A stretch of DNA of 64,000 nucleotides, taken from a virus (Duplodnaviria; Caudoviricetes). Below, piece after piece: positions 44,486 through 56,626 of the stretch. The DNA lies in the IMG/VR virus record IMGVR_UViG_3300031992_004562, positions 32,001-96,000 of that record; one strand, 5' to 3'. How positions within the stretch are numbered: the first letter of the stretch is position 1; each line of letters begins with the position of its first letter. A program made the position numbers and the translations under genes. Below the pieces are notes generated by a model, which was not told the origin of the DNA, made no database searches, and saw nothing but the letters and a program-made list of their open reading frames with translations.

Positions 44486-45793
44486 ATGAAAAAGGAAACA
44501 TTTGACGAAGTTAAAAAATCTGGTAGATTGATTTATCAATATATTAGAGGTTCTCATGCATATGGACTTAATATTGAGACTTCTGATATTGATACTGGCG
44601 GTGTGTACATCACTACAAATGATGTTCTTCTTGGACTTCGTTCTGGTTATTGCGAGCAAATTGCAGATGCAAAGAATGATAATGTTTGGTATGAAGTTGG
44701 CCGTTTCCTTGAATTGTTAATGGCATCTAATCCAAATATGTTGGAAGCATTATTTGTTCCTGAGAGATGTATTATTTACAAACATCCTGTAATGGATTAT
44801 ATTCTTGAGAACAAACATAAGTTTTTAACTAAAAAGGCATTTAATGCATTGGTTGGCTATTCAATTCAACAAATTGCCAAGGCCCGTGGTCTTAATAAGA
44901 AAATTGTTAAGCCGGTTAAGGTACGTAAAACACCTATTGATTTTTGCTATACCTTTAAAAATCAAGGTTCTGAGTCCGTAATGGAATTTTTGAATCGTCA
45001 TGGTCTTAAACAAATCTATTGCGGTCTTGTGCATGTAGATAATATGGATCAGGCCTATGCAGCCTTTTATGACTGGGAACAACATATTCGTATGGAATGG
45101 AAAACCGCCGAGGAATTTGCAGATTTTCTTGTAGACGTAGTAATTAATGATAAAGAAAGTAAATTCATTGATAGCATTAAAGAAATGAATTATGACTTAT
45201 GGTTCCAATTTATGCCACATATCAAACATTGGACTGACGCTCAATACATTAGTGATGCTAGAGAACAATGGATTCGAAGGTATAATGAAATCAAACCCAA
45301 AGGCTATCATGGTATTCAAAAAGAAGATGGTTCTTCTAATGATGTACATCTTGATAGTGTAGTTAAAGGCGAAAAACCATTATTCCATCTTTTGTACAAC
45401 AAAAATGGCTATGCATCTCATTGTCGAGAATATAAAGATTATAAAGACTGGGAGAAAAATCGTAACCAAGCACGTTATGAATCTAATCTTGATAAGAACT
45501 ATGATTCTAAAAACATTATGCATTGTATTCGTCTTATTCAGATGGGCATTGAACTTGCAAAAACAGGTGAGCTTAATGTTGATAGAAGTGTAATGGGTGA
45601 TAGAGAATTTCTGCTTGATGTTAGAAATCACAAATATGAATATGATTATTTGATTGATTACTGCGAACAGAAAAAAGCAGAAATGGATGAAGCCATTAAA
45701 ACTACATCTCTTCCTGATGAAATTGATAGGGAATTCGTAAATGAATTGCTATTAAGAGTACGAAAAGTATTTGATTATGCAGAAAATCGATAA
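44486..45793 (+). CDS. Pol-beta superfamily nucleotidyltransferase (YcgL/RlaP/NrdC.11-like)
   Basis: RGSHAYGL..SDIDTGGVY, NPNMLEALF, YDSKNIMHCIRL. Confidence 0.85.
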   Translation: MKKETFDEVKKSGRLIYQYIRGSHAYGLNIETSDIDTGGVYITTNDVLLGLRSGYCEQIADAKNDNVWYEVGRFLELLMASNPNMLEALFVPERCIIYKHPVMDYILENKHKFLTKKAFNALVGYSIQQIAKARGLNKKIVKPVKVRKTPIDFCYTFKNQGSESVMEFLNRHGLKQIYCGLVHVDNMDQAYAAFYDWEQHIRMEWKTAEEFADFLVDVVINDKESKFIDSIKEMNYDLWFQFMPHIKHWTDAQYISDAREQWIRRYNEIKPKGYHGIQKEDGSSNDVHLDSVVKGEKPLFHLLYNKNGYASHCREYKDYKDWEKNRNQARYESNLDKNYDSKNIMHCIRLIQMGIELAKTGELNVDRSVMGDREFLLDVRNHKYEYDYLIDYCEQKKAEMDEAIKTTSLPDEIDREFVNELLLRVRKVFDYAENR

Positions 45794-45814
45794 GATTAAT
45801 TTCTTATCGATTTT

Positions 45815-46606
45815 TTATTTCATTAAAACTGGTCTTACAAAAACACCATGTTCTCTTGCTATTGTATCAATACGTATTCTATTATCTTTTTCAATTTGCA
45901 TACAATAATATAACCAATCAAACGCTTCAGGATATATATAACTTGTCATATAATATCCATAATTTAAATTTGTTAAGTTTACATTAATTGAATTTTCATT
46001 CTAAAGATACCCATGTATTGGAAATATTATTTCATTTCCATTTATTTTAGAGGTTAATTTACAAACATATAAATTTAAAACACCATTGTATGTATAATGA
46101 AAAGATTTTATTGTATTGGCTAATAACTCTTCATATTGATCTATAGTTGGTACACAAATATTTACATGATATTTTTTATATAAATTGGAATTATATGCTG
46201 GGTCATCGCATAATTCTAATTTCATTAATTTATCATCTTTATTATATTTAATATAATGATCTATAATATTTCTATTATTAATAGTTCGTTTTTCTAAAAA
46301 TTTATACTATGTTGTTATTTTAGGTTTTAATTCACCAAATGCATAATAATCTCCATACCAATCAGCAGCTATTTCTAAATTATTAGGATTAACACCAAGA
46401 TTATATTTTGACCACAACGTTTTAGATGGAAGACCTAAATCGACAAAATTTTTCATTAACTCTATTTTATCATTGATGACATCATTTACATCTATAACAT
46501 CATTACTCTAAGATATAGAATTATTATCTTCCATATCTTGATAATCATCAAGTGCCAACTAAATACCTCTATTGACTGCCTCTAATATTTGTTTGTAATT
46601 TTGCAT
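45815..46606 (-). CDS. tag-A leader plus DUF1566/Fib_succ-like CLec protein (recoded)
   Basis: MQNYKQILEAVNRGI(TAG)LALDDYQD; VDLGLPSKTLWSKYNLG, YYAFGE, GVFVRPV. Confidence 0.85.
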
Positions 46607-48063
46607 TATCTTAAAGTGTTGAATGATTTTGCATAAACATTATATCCAAACATATATGCACAATTTGATGACGCATTAAATATTTCAAAAGGATTATTAT
46701 AATTATCAATCACTATATCATTTGTAAGATTGATAGATGTATTACAGTTATTTAATATTGTAATATTTTTTACTGTGTTTATAGTGTTATTAAGTGTTAA
46801 ATTATTTGATGAATTTATATATAATTCATTAATATCATTAATATAAGTCGTAGCTGCAGCATTAATATTTATATTATTATCATTATTAATATACAAATTA
46901 TTTAAAACAACACTATTTCCACTAATATGAATATTATTATCATTATTTATTAGTGCATTTTTCATTACTGTAACAAGGCTGTCTGCATAAATAGTATTTT
47001 TATTTCCAATAATATTATTATTAAACTATAATAATGGTGGATCTGCGTTTGTTTTTGTTCTTTTAATAAATATTGAACAATCATAACCAATATAATTATT
47101 TGATATTTCTCCACGACTAATAGCATTATTTGAATAAAAAATTGGCATACATTTTGTTATATATGGGTTGGTTTTAATTATATTATTATAATAATCAACA
47201 TTATTAAATGTTAAACGGAAACTATCACCAGGATGTTTATATGTTAAATTACAAAAATCATATGGCGCTTCATTTCCACTACTATCTTTTAATAGTGTAA
47301 TCTTTATTTCATATTTGGCGCCATTTTGAACTATATCATATGTTCCATAAACATTTAATGAATTTCCACTATGATCATACATATTATATAATTTACCATT
47401 AAATGTTGATGTATCATTTGCTTTAACTAATAAACTTAATGAATTATAACTTAATGGACCACTAAAATTAAATCCAGGCATTGCCATACAACCATTAGTG
47501 TCTGTAGGTTCTGATTTATAATAATCAGTAATTAAATAAAATTTATTTGGAATAAATGGTTTAGCATTTAATATCTATTTTAATGTTCCAACTGATGTAT
47601 TTAACGCATCATATAATTTATTAACACTGCTATCTAACCCACCAATATGTTCATTAATATCATTAATTGACGCATTGAATAAATCACGTGTAGTATAATG
47701 TGTAAGAATTTCTGATAAATTATAGTTTTTAACATTTAACTATCTATATGTTGTTCCAGGAATAATATTTGTAGATATATTAGAAACAACAATATCTTCA
47801 TTTGTATCTTTATCAACCAATTTATAGTCTGGATATGGGCTTACTGAATATGTTGACCATGCTATAGATCCAATATTTGTACTTATATCAGGATCAATAT
47901 TAACAGCAACTGGGAATCCAGAATAGACATACTTTCTTGCAATAATACTAGTATCATTATATTTACGTTCGACCTCATAATATAATGAAGTTAAATCTGT
48001 TGTTGGCGAAATATTAATACCACTGGCATCAATAAGTTGTAAACTTTTTGCGGTTGTTTGCAT
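46606..48063 (-). CDS. tail-fibre-like Asn/Ile-rich protein, 485 aa (recoded)
   Basis: Three fragments in one frame; FYLITDY, LKDSSGNEAPYDF, N-rich beta-helix-like C-terminus. Confidence 0.7.
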
Positions 48064-48143
48064 AATTATAAAATTTAATCAATTTATTTCTATATTATTT
48101 ATTTTTATTGAAACTTTTTATCATTTAAAGATATAATATTAGA

Positions 48144-48362
48144 ATGAAGAAATATCATGCACATAGAATAGATAAATGGATCTATGAATATAGAGGATTT
48201 AGAATTGAATGTGTGGGTTATTATAATCCAGATCATAAAATTGCATGGGAAGCAGTTGACAAAGATGGATATGGATTTGCGCATGCATTTACATTAAAAG
48301 AATGTAAAAAGTGGGTAGATTATGAAATAGAAAAAAATCAAGAAAATAATGAAGAAAATTAA
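48144..48362 (+). CDS. hypothetical protein
   Basis: AAAC-N17-TATAAT motif upstream. Confidence 0.6.
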   Translation: MKKYHAHRIDKWIYEYRGFRIECVGYYNPDHKIAWEAVDKDGYGFAHAFTLKECKKWVDYEIEKNQENNEEN

Positions 48363-48425
48363 CTTCTATTTTTCTTATTAAAATAAAAATATTATTTTTG
48401 TAACAAATTTAAAAATTGAAATTAT

Positions 48426-50315
48426 ATGAATACACAACTTATCAAATTATTTAATGTAGCATTAGTAGAGAATGAAAAAATGTCTATGTCTCAATTTAAA
48501 GAGATTAATCAGCTTGCAGCTCAAGTTGGATATTTTGTTCATCCTGACGTATGTAATCAATCAGTTCTTGTTTTTTTAAAAGAGCAAGTCATCAATCCTA
48601 ATGCAACATTTTATAAGAGTTGGATTGATGTAACTTCTAAAACACGTTTGGAATTGTTGTTTGATCAACTTTTTCATTATCTTACAACATATGGAACAAA
48701 CTTTGCACTTGGTAATGGCTACGTTCCTAATGATGGTGATAATGATGCACCGCTTTTGGATTATAGTTTATTTAAAACTATTATGCCAATCTCTCGTGAA
48801 GAACTTTATGATAAGTGTCTTGGTATGCTTACATCAGGTGTGGCTCTTAAGAAAGAAACAATGAGAGCTTGTGCAGACTTTGTTATTGAAGAAGTTCATA
48901 ATGGTGCATTAATCAACGTTGATGAAATTAAGAATCGTGAGGCATTGGTTTATATTTGTACTAGCCTTAATATTTGGCCATCTAATGCAATGAATTTGTT
49001 TAGAACACTTATGTATCTTACAACAGATGATACATTAATTGTTAATAATGATGCAACTATTAACAAGATTAAGAGAAGTTCACACCCATTTAATTTTAAT
49101 AAGTTGGGTGAAAATGATTTGGTACGTTTATCATCAATTTTCTTAAGATTTAAGAATTTATTCTTGGCATTTAAACATAATACAAATATTGATAATAAGT
49201 CTGTTATTAATAAGCTTCGTAAATTGGCAGTTACATATCATAGACCATTCATTGCAGGGTTTTGGCAAACTTTATTTTCTGAGCCAAAAATTGAAGAAGA
49301 GATTAAGCTTCATCTTGGTGAATTAACAACTTTTAAAAAGGTTGCATTAATGCAAACATGCCTTGAGAGAATTGGTAATGTTGATAATAAAATTTATGTT
49401 ATTAGAAATGGCAAAATTTTCTTCAAAGAGGGTTGTCAAGCACAAATGCCATATGTAACATATTATGTTCAAGTTTATAACATTTTAAGAGAAAGTGTTA
49501 TTGAAACATTAAAAGCTAATTCTCAAAAGGAAGTAATTGTTGCAGATATTGAAACAGAAGGTGTTGAGCCTACTGTAACAACCATTAAGAAACCTAAAGT
49601 TATTAAAGTTTATAATGGTATGTCTGTAGCATTGCCAACTTCTGAAAAATCATATATTGGAAACTATCCATTTGGAACTTCATATGAACTTACAAATAAT
49701 AATTTTGTAGCGTGTTATTGGAGAAATGAGTGGGGAACACATGATTATGATTTATCTTTGACAGATGATCGTGGCGAAAAAATTGGCTGGAATTCAAGGT
49801 ATTACAATGGTGCACAAAATATCATTTATTCTGGTGATATGACTGAAGCACAACCTGAGGCATGTGAGGTTATCAAAATTTTTGATCCAACAGATTTTAT
49901 GGCAGTAGTAAAAATCAACCAATATAGAGGCAATGCAAAATCTAAATTTGAATTATTGTTTGGGCAAACAACTAAGGAATATGAAGCATATCAAAACTTC
50001 ATGGTAGATCCAAATGAAATTAAATTTAGAGCCACTATTGAGCATGAAGATAAGAAAGAACTTCAAATCGCATTAATTGCTAATAATAAAGTTACTCTTA
50101 TGGAAGTGCATAGTGGAAATTCCATTGTAAGCCGAGCATTTGGCAAGTCAAAAGAGTATATGAATGCGCTTGCAGATAAAACAAGATATTTTGTAGATGC
50201 AGCAGAACTTTTAAAAGAGGCTGGGTATGAAATTGTAGATGAAACATATACAGGTGATGTAGATGTTGACTTTGCAAATTTGGAAAAAGATTCATTGATT
50301 AAGCTTATGGCTTAA
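48426..50315 (+). CDS. 629-aa protein with a C-terminal TerD-like domain
   Basis: NATFYKSW..DQLFHYLTTYG; YW..DYDLS..IGWN..IYSGDMTEA. Confidence 0.6.
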   Translation: MNTQLIKLFNVALVENEKMSMSQFKEINQLAAQVGYFVHPDVCNQSVLVFLKEQVINPNATFYKSWIDVTSKTRLELLFDQLFHYLTTYGTNFALGNGYVPNDGDNDAPLLDYSLFKTIMPISREELYDKCLGMLTSGVALKKETMRACADFVIEEVHNGALINVDEIKNREALVYICTSLNIWPSNAMNLFRTLMYLTTDDTLIVNNDATINKIKRSSHPFNFNKLGENDLVRLSSIFLRFKNLFLAFKHNTNIDNKSVINKLRKLAVTYHRPFIAGFWQTLFSEPKIEEEIKLHLGELTTFKKVALMQTCLERIGNVDNKIYVIRNGKIFFKEGCQAQMPYVTYYVQVYNILRESVIETLKANSQKEVIVADIETEGVEPTVTTIKKPKVIKVYNGMSVALPTSEKSYIGNYPFGTSYELTNNNFVACYWRNEWGTHDYDLSLTDDRGEKIGWNSRYYNGAQNIIYSGDMTEAQPEACEVIKIFDPTDFMAVVKINQYRGNAKSKFELLFGQTTKEYEAYQNFMVDPNEIKFRATIEHEDKKELQIALIANNKVTLMEVHSGNSIVSRAFGKSKEYMNALADKTRYFVDAAELLKEAGYEIVDETYTGDVDVDFANLEKDSLIKLMA

Positions 50316-50359
50316 GCCTTGGACCTTGTACAATCAGAATTAGAAAATGAATAGTATGG

Positions 50360-50393
50360 AGAAACTTCGATGAGATATCGAGGTTTCTTTTTT
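50360..50393 (+). terminator. intrinsic terminator
   Basis: agaaacttcgat-gagat-atcgaggtttct followed by a T run. Confidence 0.75.
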
Positions 50394-50409
50394 AATAAAT
50401 ATATTGAAT
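50393..50409 (+). promoter_or_regulatory. late-type promoter/leader TAATAAATATATTGAAT (ATAAATA core, T4 late-like)
   Basis: Identical 17-mer immediately before the tag-A genes at 22740 (-), 35408 and 50410; ATAAATA also precedes other recoded genes. Confidence 0.6.
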
Positions 50410-51408
50410 ATGAAAAGATTTAATAAGCAAATATTAGAAGCAATCAATAGGGGTGTTTAGTTGGCACTTGATGATTTTGATTATAATGAAGATATAACAA
50501 AATCTAAAACTGATATAATTAATACTGAAGAATATGCATTTAGTATTATAAACACATTATATAAAAAACTAACATCTGAAATATTAACTGTTTAGGAATT
50601 AGACCGTTTGGTACAATATTATCAAATAACAAAGCAAAAATATAAAGTTTATTCTAGACAAGAGCTAAAAAGAATTATTGATTATGTAATTGGTGTTTAT
50701 CAATCTGGTGATTTTGTTAAAGGACTTAATCCTGATATAAAAACATTAAATTGGATAGATGTTTCTGAAGTAAAATATATGGATGAACTATTTAAAGGAT
50801 TATAGTTTACATCAGATATTTCTGAATGGGATGTTTCTAATGTTTTAACAATGTCAAATATGTTTGAAAACGCTACATTCACTTCAGACATTTCAAAATG
50901 GAATGTTTCTAAAGTTACAACAATGTATGGAATGTTTTCAGCATGTAATTTTGAAAGTGAATTATCTGATTGGGATGTTTCCCATGTAACTGATATGGGA
51001 CATATGTTTTTCATTTCACCATTTAATGGAGATATTTCAAAATGGAATGTTAAAAATGTAACTAATATGCCATATATGTTTTATGCAGCTGTATATTTTA
51101 ATCAACCAATTGGAAAATGGAATATGTCCAAAGTTAATAATATTGATGGTATGTTTAATATGGCTAGTAGTTTTAATTAGGATATTTCTAAATGGAATAT
51201 TTCTAATGTTAAATCTTCTGAGCTTGCGTTTAGCAAATCTGGATTTGATTAGGATTTATCTAAATGGGATGGCGGAAATTTATCAATGACTACATTTAAA
51301 GGCAGTAAGATTTCTTCAAATCATTTACCAAAGTTTTGGCAAGAAAATGAAATGAATTTAGATGGCAAAAGAATATTAAATACATATTTACCAAAAGATT
51401 GGAATTAA
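50410..51408 (+). CDS. tag-A leader plus BspA/DUF285-type LRR protein (recoded)
   Basis: ILEAINRGV(TAG)LALDDFD; LNWIDVSEV, FNGDISKWNV, FNQPIGKWN, FN(TAG)DISKWN. Confidence 0.85.
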
Positions 51409-52127
51409 TGAAAAATTATAATAAAATATTAGAAGCCGTTCATCGTGGTATTTAGTTAGCACTCGATGATTTTGAAGATATAGAAGATAATAATTCTATA
51501 TTTTAGAGTAATGATGTCATTGATACAGATGATTATATAGATGATAGAGTTACATATAATAAATTATTAGAAAAGTTTTTTGATTAGATGAGTGATAGCT
51601 TAGTTATAAAAGTATCTAAAGATGATTTAAAAAAACTTGCAAATTTATCCAAAAATCTTGGTATGAAATTTAAAGTTGAAGATAATAGATTTTTACAAGA
51701 TATAATTAAAACTGTTTGTAGAATAGATAAGTCTGCAAATTTAAATTGGATTGACACATCAGAAGTAACCAATTTTGAAAATCTATTTAATATGACACTA
51801 TTTCATGGTGATATTTCAGAATGGGATACACATAATGTCAAAAACATGTATTCATGCTTTGCTTATTCTCAATTCAATGGCGATATATCAAGATGGGATG
51901 TATCAAATGTTGAAAATATGAATTGGATGTTTTAGGGTTCTTGGTTTAACAAACCAATTGAAAATTGGAATGTAGCTAAAGTAAAAAGTATGAATGGAAT
52001 GTTTAGTGAATCGCATTTTAATTAGAATATATCTAAATGGAATGTTGCAAATTGTAAAGGTTATATAAAATTTAATAATAAAAGCACATTAAAAAAATCT
52101 AATATACCACCAAAATTTAGAAAATGA
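51408..52127 (+). CDS. tag-A leader plus BspA/DUF285-type LRR protein (recoded)
   Basis: ILEAVHRGI(TAG)LALDDFED; ANLNWIDTSEV, FNGDISRWDVSNV. Confidence 0.85.
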
Positions 52128-52534
52128 TTATGGACTCAAATAAGAAAAAACAATTATATGAATAGATTATGACTTCAGTTTCTAAAGAAGTCAAAAAAGT
52201 TTTAAATGAAGCACGTGCTAAAAAATATGAATTCTCTAAAAAAGATTTAGATGAAATCAAAAAGTATATACTAAATGATGAAGATTTTTATAAAACATAT
52301 TGTCAATATGCAAATTTAGATAGATACGATTCATATGAAGAAGCAGTAGATGATGTAATGAATTTTTTAGAATAGGATGTGTATACGGGTGATCCAGAAG
52401 ATGATTTAGTAGTCCATAAATGGTATATGTTAGATGAGCCTGATTTAGGGTGTTCATGGATGCAATTAAAATCTGGCAAAATTGCAAATTTAGATAATAT
52501 ATATAAAGAATTCAAAGGAATGATTGAAGAATAA
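52124..52534 (+). CDS. tag-B leader protein (recoded)
   Basis: NKKKQLYE(TAG)IMTSVSKEVKKVLNE. Confidence 0.72.
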
Positions 52535-52632
52535 AATAAGTTCTAGATTCACTTCTAGAACTTATTTTTCTTATATAGTAGTTTATATGTTTTTAACTTT
52601 AAAATGCACCAGATTTAACAAGATTAACTTGA

Positions 52633-53001
52633 TTATTGGTTCATTACTATACCAAGGCATTTTAATTGATTTATTGAAATATTAATAACAGCATAATCAG
52701 ATTTATTATAATGATCCTTTCCAAAATCTACAGTTACATCAACATTAAACTTATCTCTATCATATGAAATATTTGATAAAATTGTGGTTTTAACTAATTC
52801 TGTAATTTCTTCTTGATTATAACTTAAATTAAAAATATATTTCTTAATATTTGCACCAAAATATGGAGCACCAAGAACATCACCATATGATGTTCCTAAT
52901 ATCATCTTTATCTATGATAATATTTGTTCCATTTCATTAGTTGTCTCAACTAATGGAACATATTGCTAATCTGATGCTAATCTATTATAAATATCAATCA
53001 T
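52633..53001 (-). CDS. baseplate wedge gp25-like protein (recoded)
   Basis: EQILS(Q)IKMILGTSYGDVLGAPYFGANI. Confidence 0.75.
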
Positions 53002-53002
53002 A

Positions 53003-54928
53003 TTATGTTAATGGTGTATATTTTGTAAGTGTTCTTGATAATTTATTTGATTTCTTTTCTTCAAATTTAATATTAAATGCTGAAATTCCAGATATGCTTT
53101 GTTTTTCTGAATATTGTGTTCCATTTTTATCTAAGAACCCACCTCTAACTAATGGAAGAATGTCTTTAACATTCATTATTTGTCCATTATTGTCTTTAAT
53201 GGTTCTTGTTAAAATAATATCTCCATATCCATCAATACCATCAAAATTATTTCCATAGATATTTTTATTATTTACATCTGCAACAAATTGTGCTTTAACA
53301 GAATCTACTCCAGGAACATCATTTTCAAATATAGAAATAATATCAGAAATAGGAATCATATCTTTACGTTCTCTATTTATAAAGTATTCTGATAATTTAT
53401 CTAATGCAGCTGCATATACTTCTTGTTCATCATAATTTTCCCAAATTTTAACTTGAACATTTAATGCAAATCTTGCAATTTTTGGTTGAATTATTCTATT
53501 TTCAAGTGTTATAATTCGTTGACCAGATGCATTAATTAAATTAATAATATTTTCTTGTTCATCTTCTGATAACCAGAATAATGATTCATCACATGTAAAA
53601 TAATTTGAAGATGATGGCATACGTTTTTTAATATCTGGAACTAAGAAAATATAAATTGTATTATCTCTATATGTGTTATCTGATAATTTTGTAGATGTGT
53701 ATTTATACATCTAATATTTCTTTTCCATTTCTTTATGAGCCTACGCAACTTCTTCACTACCTTCACCATAAATATTAATCGCATCGTTATATAATGCTCT
53801 GGCATCGGTATAATCTTTATAAGCTTTATCACTTGCTAATTGCATAACAGATGAGCCATTAACAGTATATGATCCTCTAAATATTTCAATATCAGAAAAC
53901 ATATTCATTCGTCTAAAGAAATAATTATAATTTACTTCAGATGCTAAAACATATGAACGACTAACATGTGGAGCAATTAATTGTGTTAATGCAAGATCTT
54001 CACCATATGTTCCAAATATAATATCAGTTGTCAATCTAATTTTGAAATTTCCATTTAATTTAACAGCCTCACCTGTAGGAAGAACACCAGTTCCATCCCA
54101 TTCCCAATTATCTGCAATATTTACATCATTCATAAATAAGTTGGAGTTTTCACCATCTGTGACAATATATTCAATAATAATTGTAGATGATTGAGGAGGA
54201 ATTGCACCCATTGCACCATTTCCAAAAAATACATCAAGACCGGAATTAATGCCTGTACGAACTACACATCCTTTTTGATTAAATCCTAAATCTAAAATAG
54301 ATTTATAAATTTCCCATGGTTCACCATTTACATATACATTAATATAATATTGATCAACTTCTTGATAATTTCTTTCTGCAAAATTATATGATTGTAGTGG
54401 TTCACCTGTACCTGTTGCCTATTGAAGTTTAATTTCACCCTAAATTAAATTTGCATCAATATAATTGCCTGCATTCATTGTTATTTTTGCATTATTAGCA
54501 CCAAATAAAAGTGTATAAGTTAAACCATTTCTTTTACTAATTACCTTAGTTTTATTTGGAATATAACAAACACCACCATTTAATTGATAGTTTCCCGTAT
54601 CAACATAATAAATTTGACATGCACCGCGAGCAGAAATTGGCCGTGAAGTATCATGCCCAGCCAACTATGCCAAACCTTTAACTTGGTCTGGACGGTATGC
54701 AGTACGAATATTTAAACCCGTAATAGAATCTTCAATATAATAAAATATCATTCTTCCAAGATGAAGAATAACTTGAAGCAATTGGCCAAAAGGTGATGCA
54801 GTATTAAATTCTTGCCCTGCAGCCTTATAAGTTGACTTGATATAAGCCAATGCGTCATAATACAATTCACTAAATTTTATTCTATTTAGTTTAAAAATTT
54901 TTATTTCTTTATCATCTTTATTAGCCAT
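53003..54928 (-). CDS. baseplate wedge gp6/J-like protein, 641 aa (recoded, 5 TAG)
   Basis: Four fragments in one frame; GQLLQ..FYYIED..NIRTA..LAGH..RPISARG, FFGNGAMGAIPP..IEYIVTDG. Confidence 0.8.
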
Positions 54929-54960
54929 ATGTAAGCCAATTTAATTTTACTTTTTATTTA

Positions 54961-56361
54961 TCATCTTAATGATGCATATCCCATTGTGTATACACTTACA
55001 TTATTTGTATCGCTGCCAAATAATATAGTACTTGAACATAATTTTTGATGTTCGTATGCCATTCTAGCTGCATCACTAAAAAATAATCTTGTATTATTTA
55101 ATATTGATGTATCTAATGGTACTGGATTTGTATCATTGGCACCAATAATAATATTATTATATCCTAAATTAAGATTCTAATTTGTAAGATTAATTAAAAC
55201 ATTATTATTTCCTTCAATATTAATAGAACAATCATTACAATTTATAAGAACATTATTATTTCCAACAATAACTACACTACAATCATCTACAAACTCATAT
55301 GTAGCATTATTTATTGAATTATAAATTTTATTAGATGATCCATTTGATATACATATGCCTGAGCTATAATATACATTATTATTTGAGCATTTTTTACTAA
55401 ATGTAATTTTATCTGAATCATATATTTCATTATTACTATAATAATATTCATTTTGATATGATAGAGCATATGTAAAATATATAGATGAATCATTTGGATC
55501 AAAATATAATTTATTATTTACAAAGCGTTTAATATTGCCCATATTAGAATTAGGATCAAATATTAAATAATGTATAGATGAATTTGTAAAATCAAAATTT
55601 CCTTCATTTCCATATTCATCTTTTAAATATGTAATTTTATTGGATGCTGTATCATAATGAAACTCTCCATATGTTTTATTATAATATGATGCATCATCTA
55701 AAGATACCTAAGAACAATCACCATTTATAGAAATATTCTAAACTTTAATACTCATAATTGGTGTATTCCAACTACGTGGCTCATAATCAATAAAATATAT
55801 GTCATTTTCTTCTTCAGGAACTACTTTATCATTATTATAAATTAGTTCATGTAAATGACTCATAACTTCTTCACATTTTTTAACACTTGCATCCAAAGAA
55901 CTCGTATTAATTGATGAAAGACTTGCATTAATATTTTGAATAGATGCATCAAAATAATATAATTGTTGATAATGATTTAATAATTCATGCAAATCTACAT
56001 ATGTATTATTAACAACACTAAATAAACTAGAATTATACCAAAACTTATTTTTGTCTTTGTCATATGGATTATGTTCATCAACTGTATAAAGAGATGTATT
56101 TATATATACATGTGGATCGTTATTAGATAATTCATATACTGCATCAAATGATAAAGATTCTAATTCGTAAGGGGCAGTGTTAACAAATTTAAAATCTTTA
56201 TTAAATTGCACAGGCATATTTTTAACAAAAGACTTTCTATGAATAACTATTTTGCCATCTTCTTTTTTAGCCTATTCATAATATAGTGAATCAATATTCG
56301 TTATAGGAGAAATTTTGTTAAATCTATTATCTAAATACTATACCTTTTTACTAGTAAACAT
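54961..56361 (-). CDS. tail-fibre-like protein, paralogue of 46606..48063 (recoded)
   Basis: KISPITNIDSLYYE, LKDEYGNEGNFDF, GNNNVLIN repeats. Confidence 0.7.
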
Positions 56362-56378
56362 TCAATTATCAATTATTT

Positions 56379-56624
56379 TTACCATTTTTTCTATGGGCAT
56401 CCGTCAATTGATACTCCATTTTCATCCTCTGGGTAATCAACTCTAACTTTTGCCTTTATAATACATCCACATAATTCACAAATTCCATCTTTATTATGTG
56501 TGCAATTATTACATATTTCTAATCTTTCTTTTGCCTTCTATTTAGTTTTTCCAGAAATAATATTCCAAGTCCATACTAAATACCCAGCAATAATATAACA
56601 TATATGTTTAAAAAAATTTTTCAT
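56379..56624 (-). CDS. small Cys-rich protein with an N-terminal hydrophobic segment (recoded)
   Basis: RLEICNNC..CELCGC..CP(Q)KKW. Confidence 0.65.
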
Positions 56625-56626
56625 TT

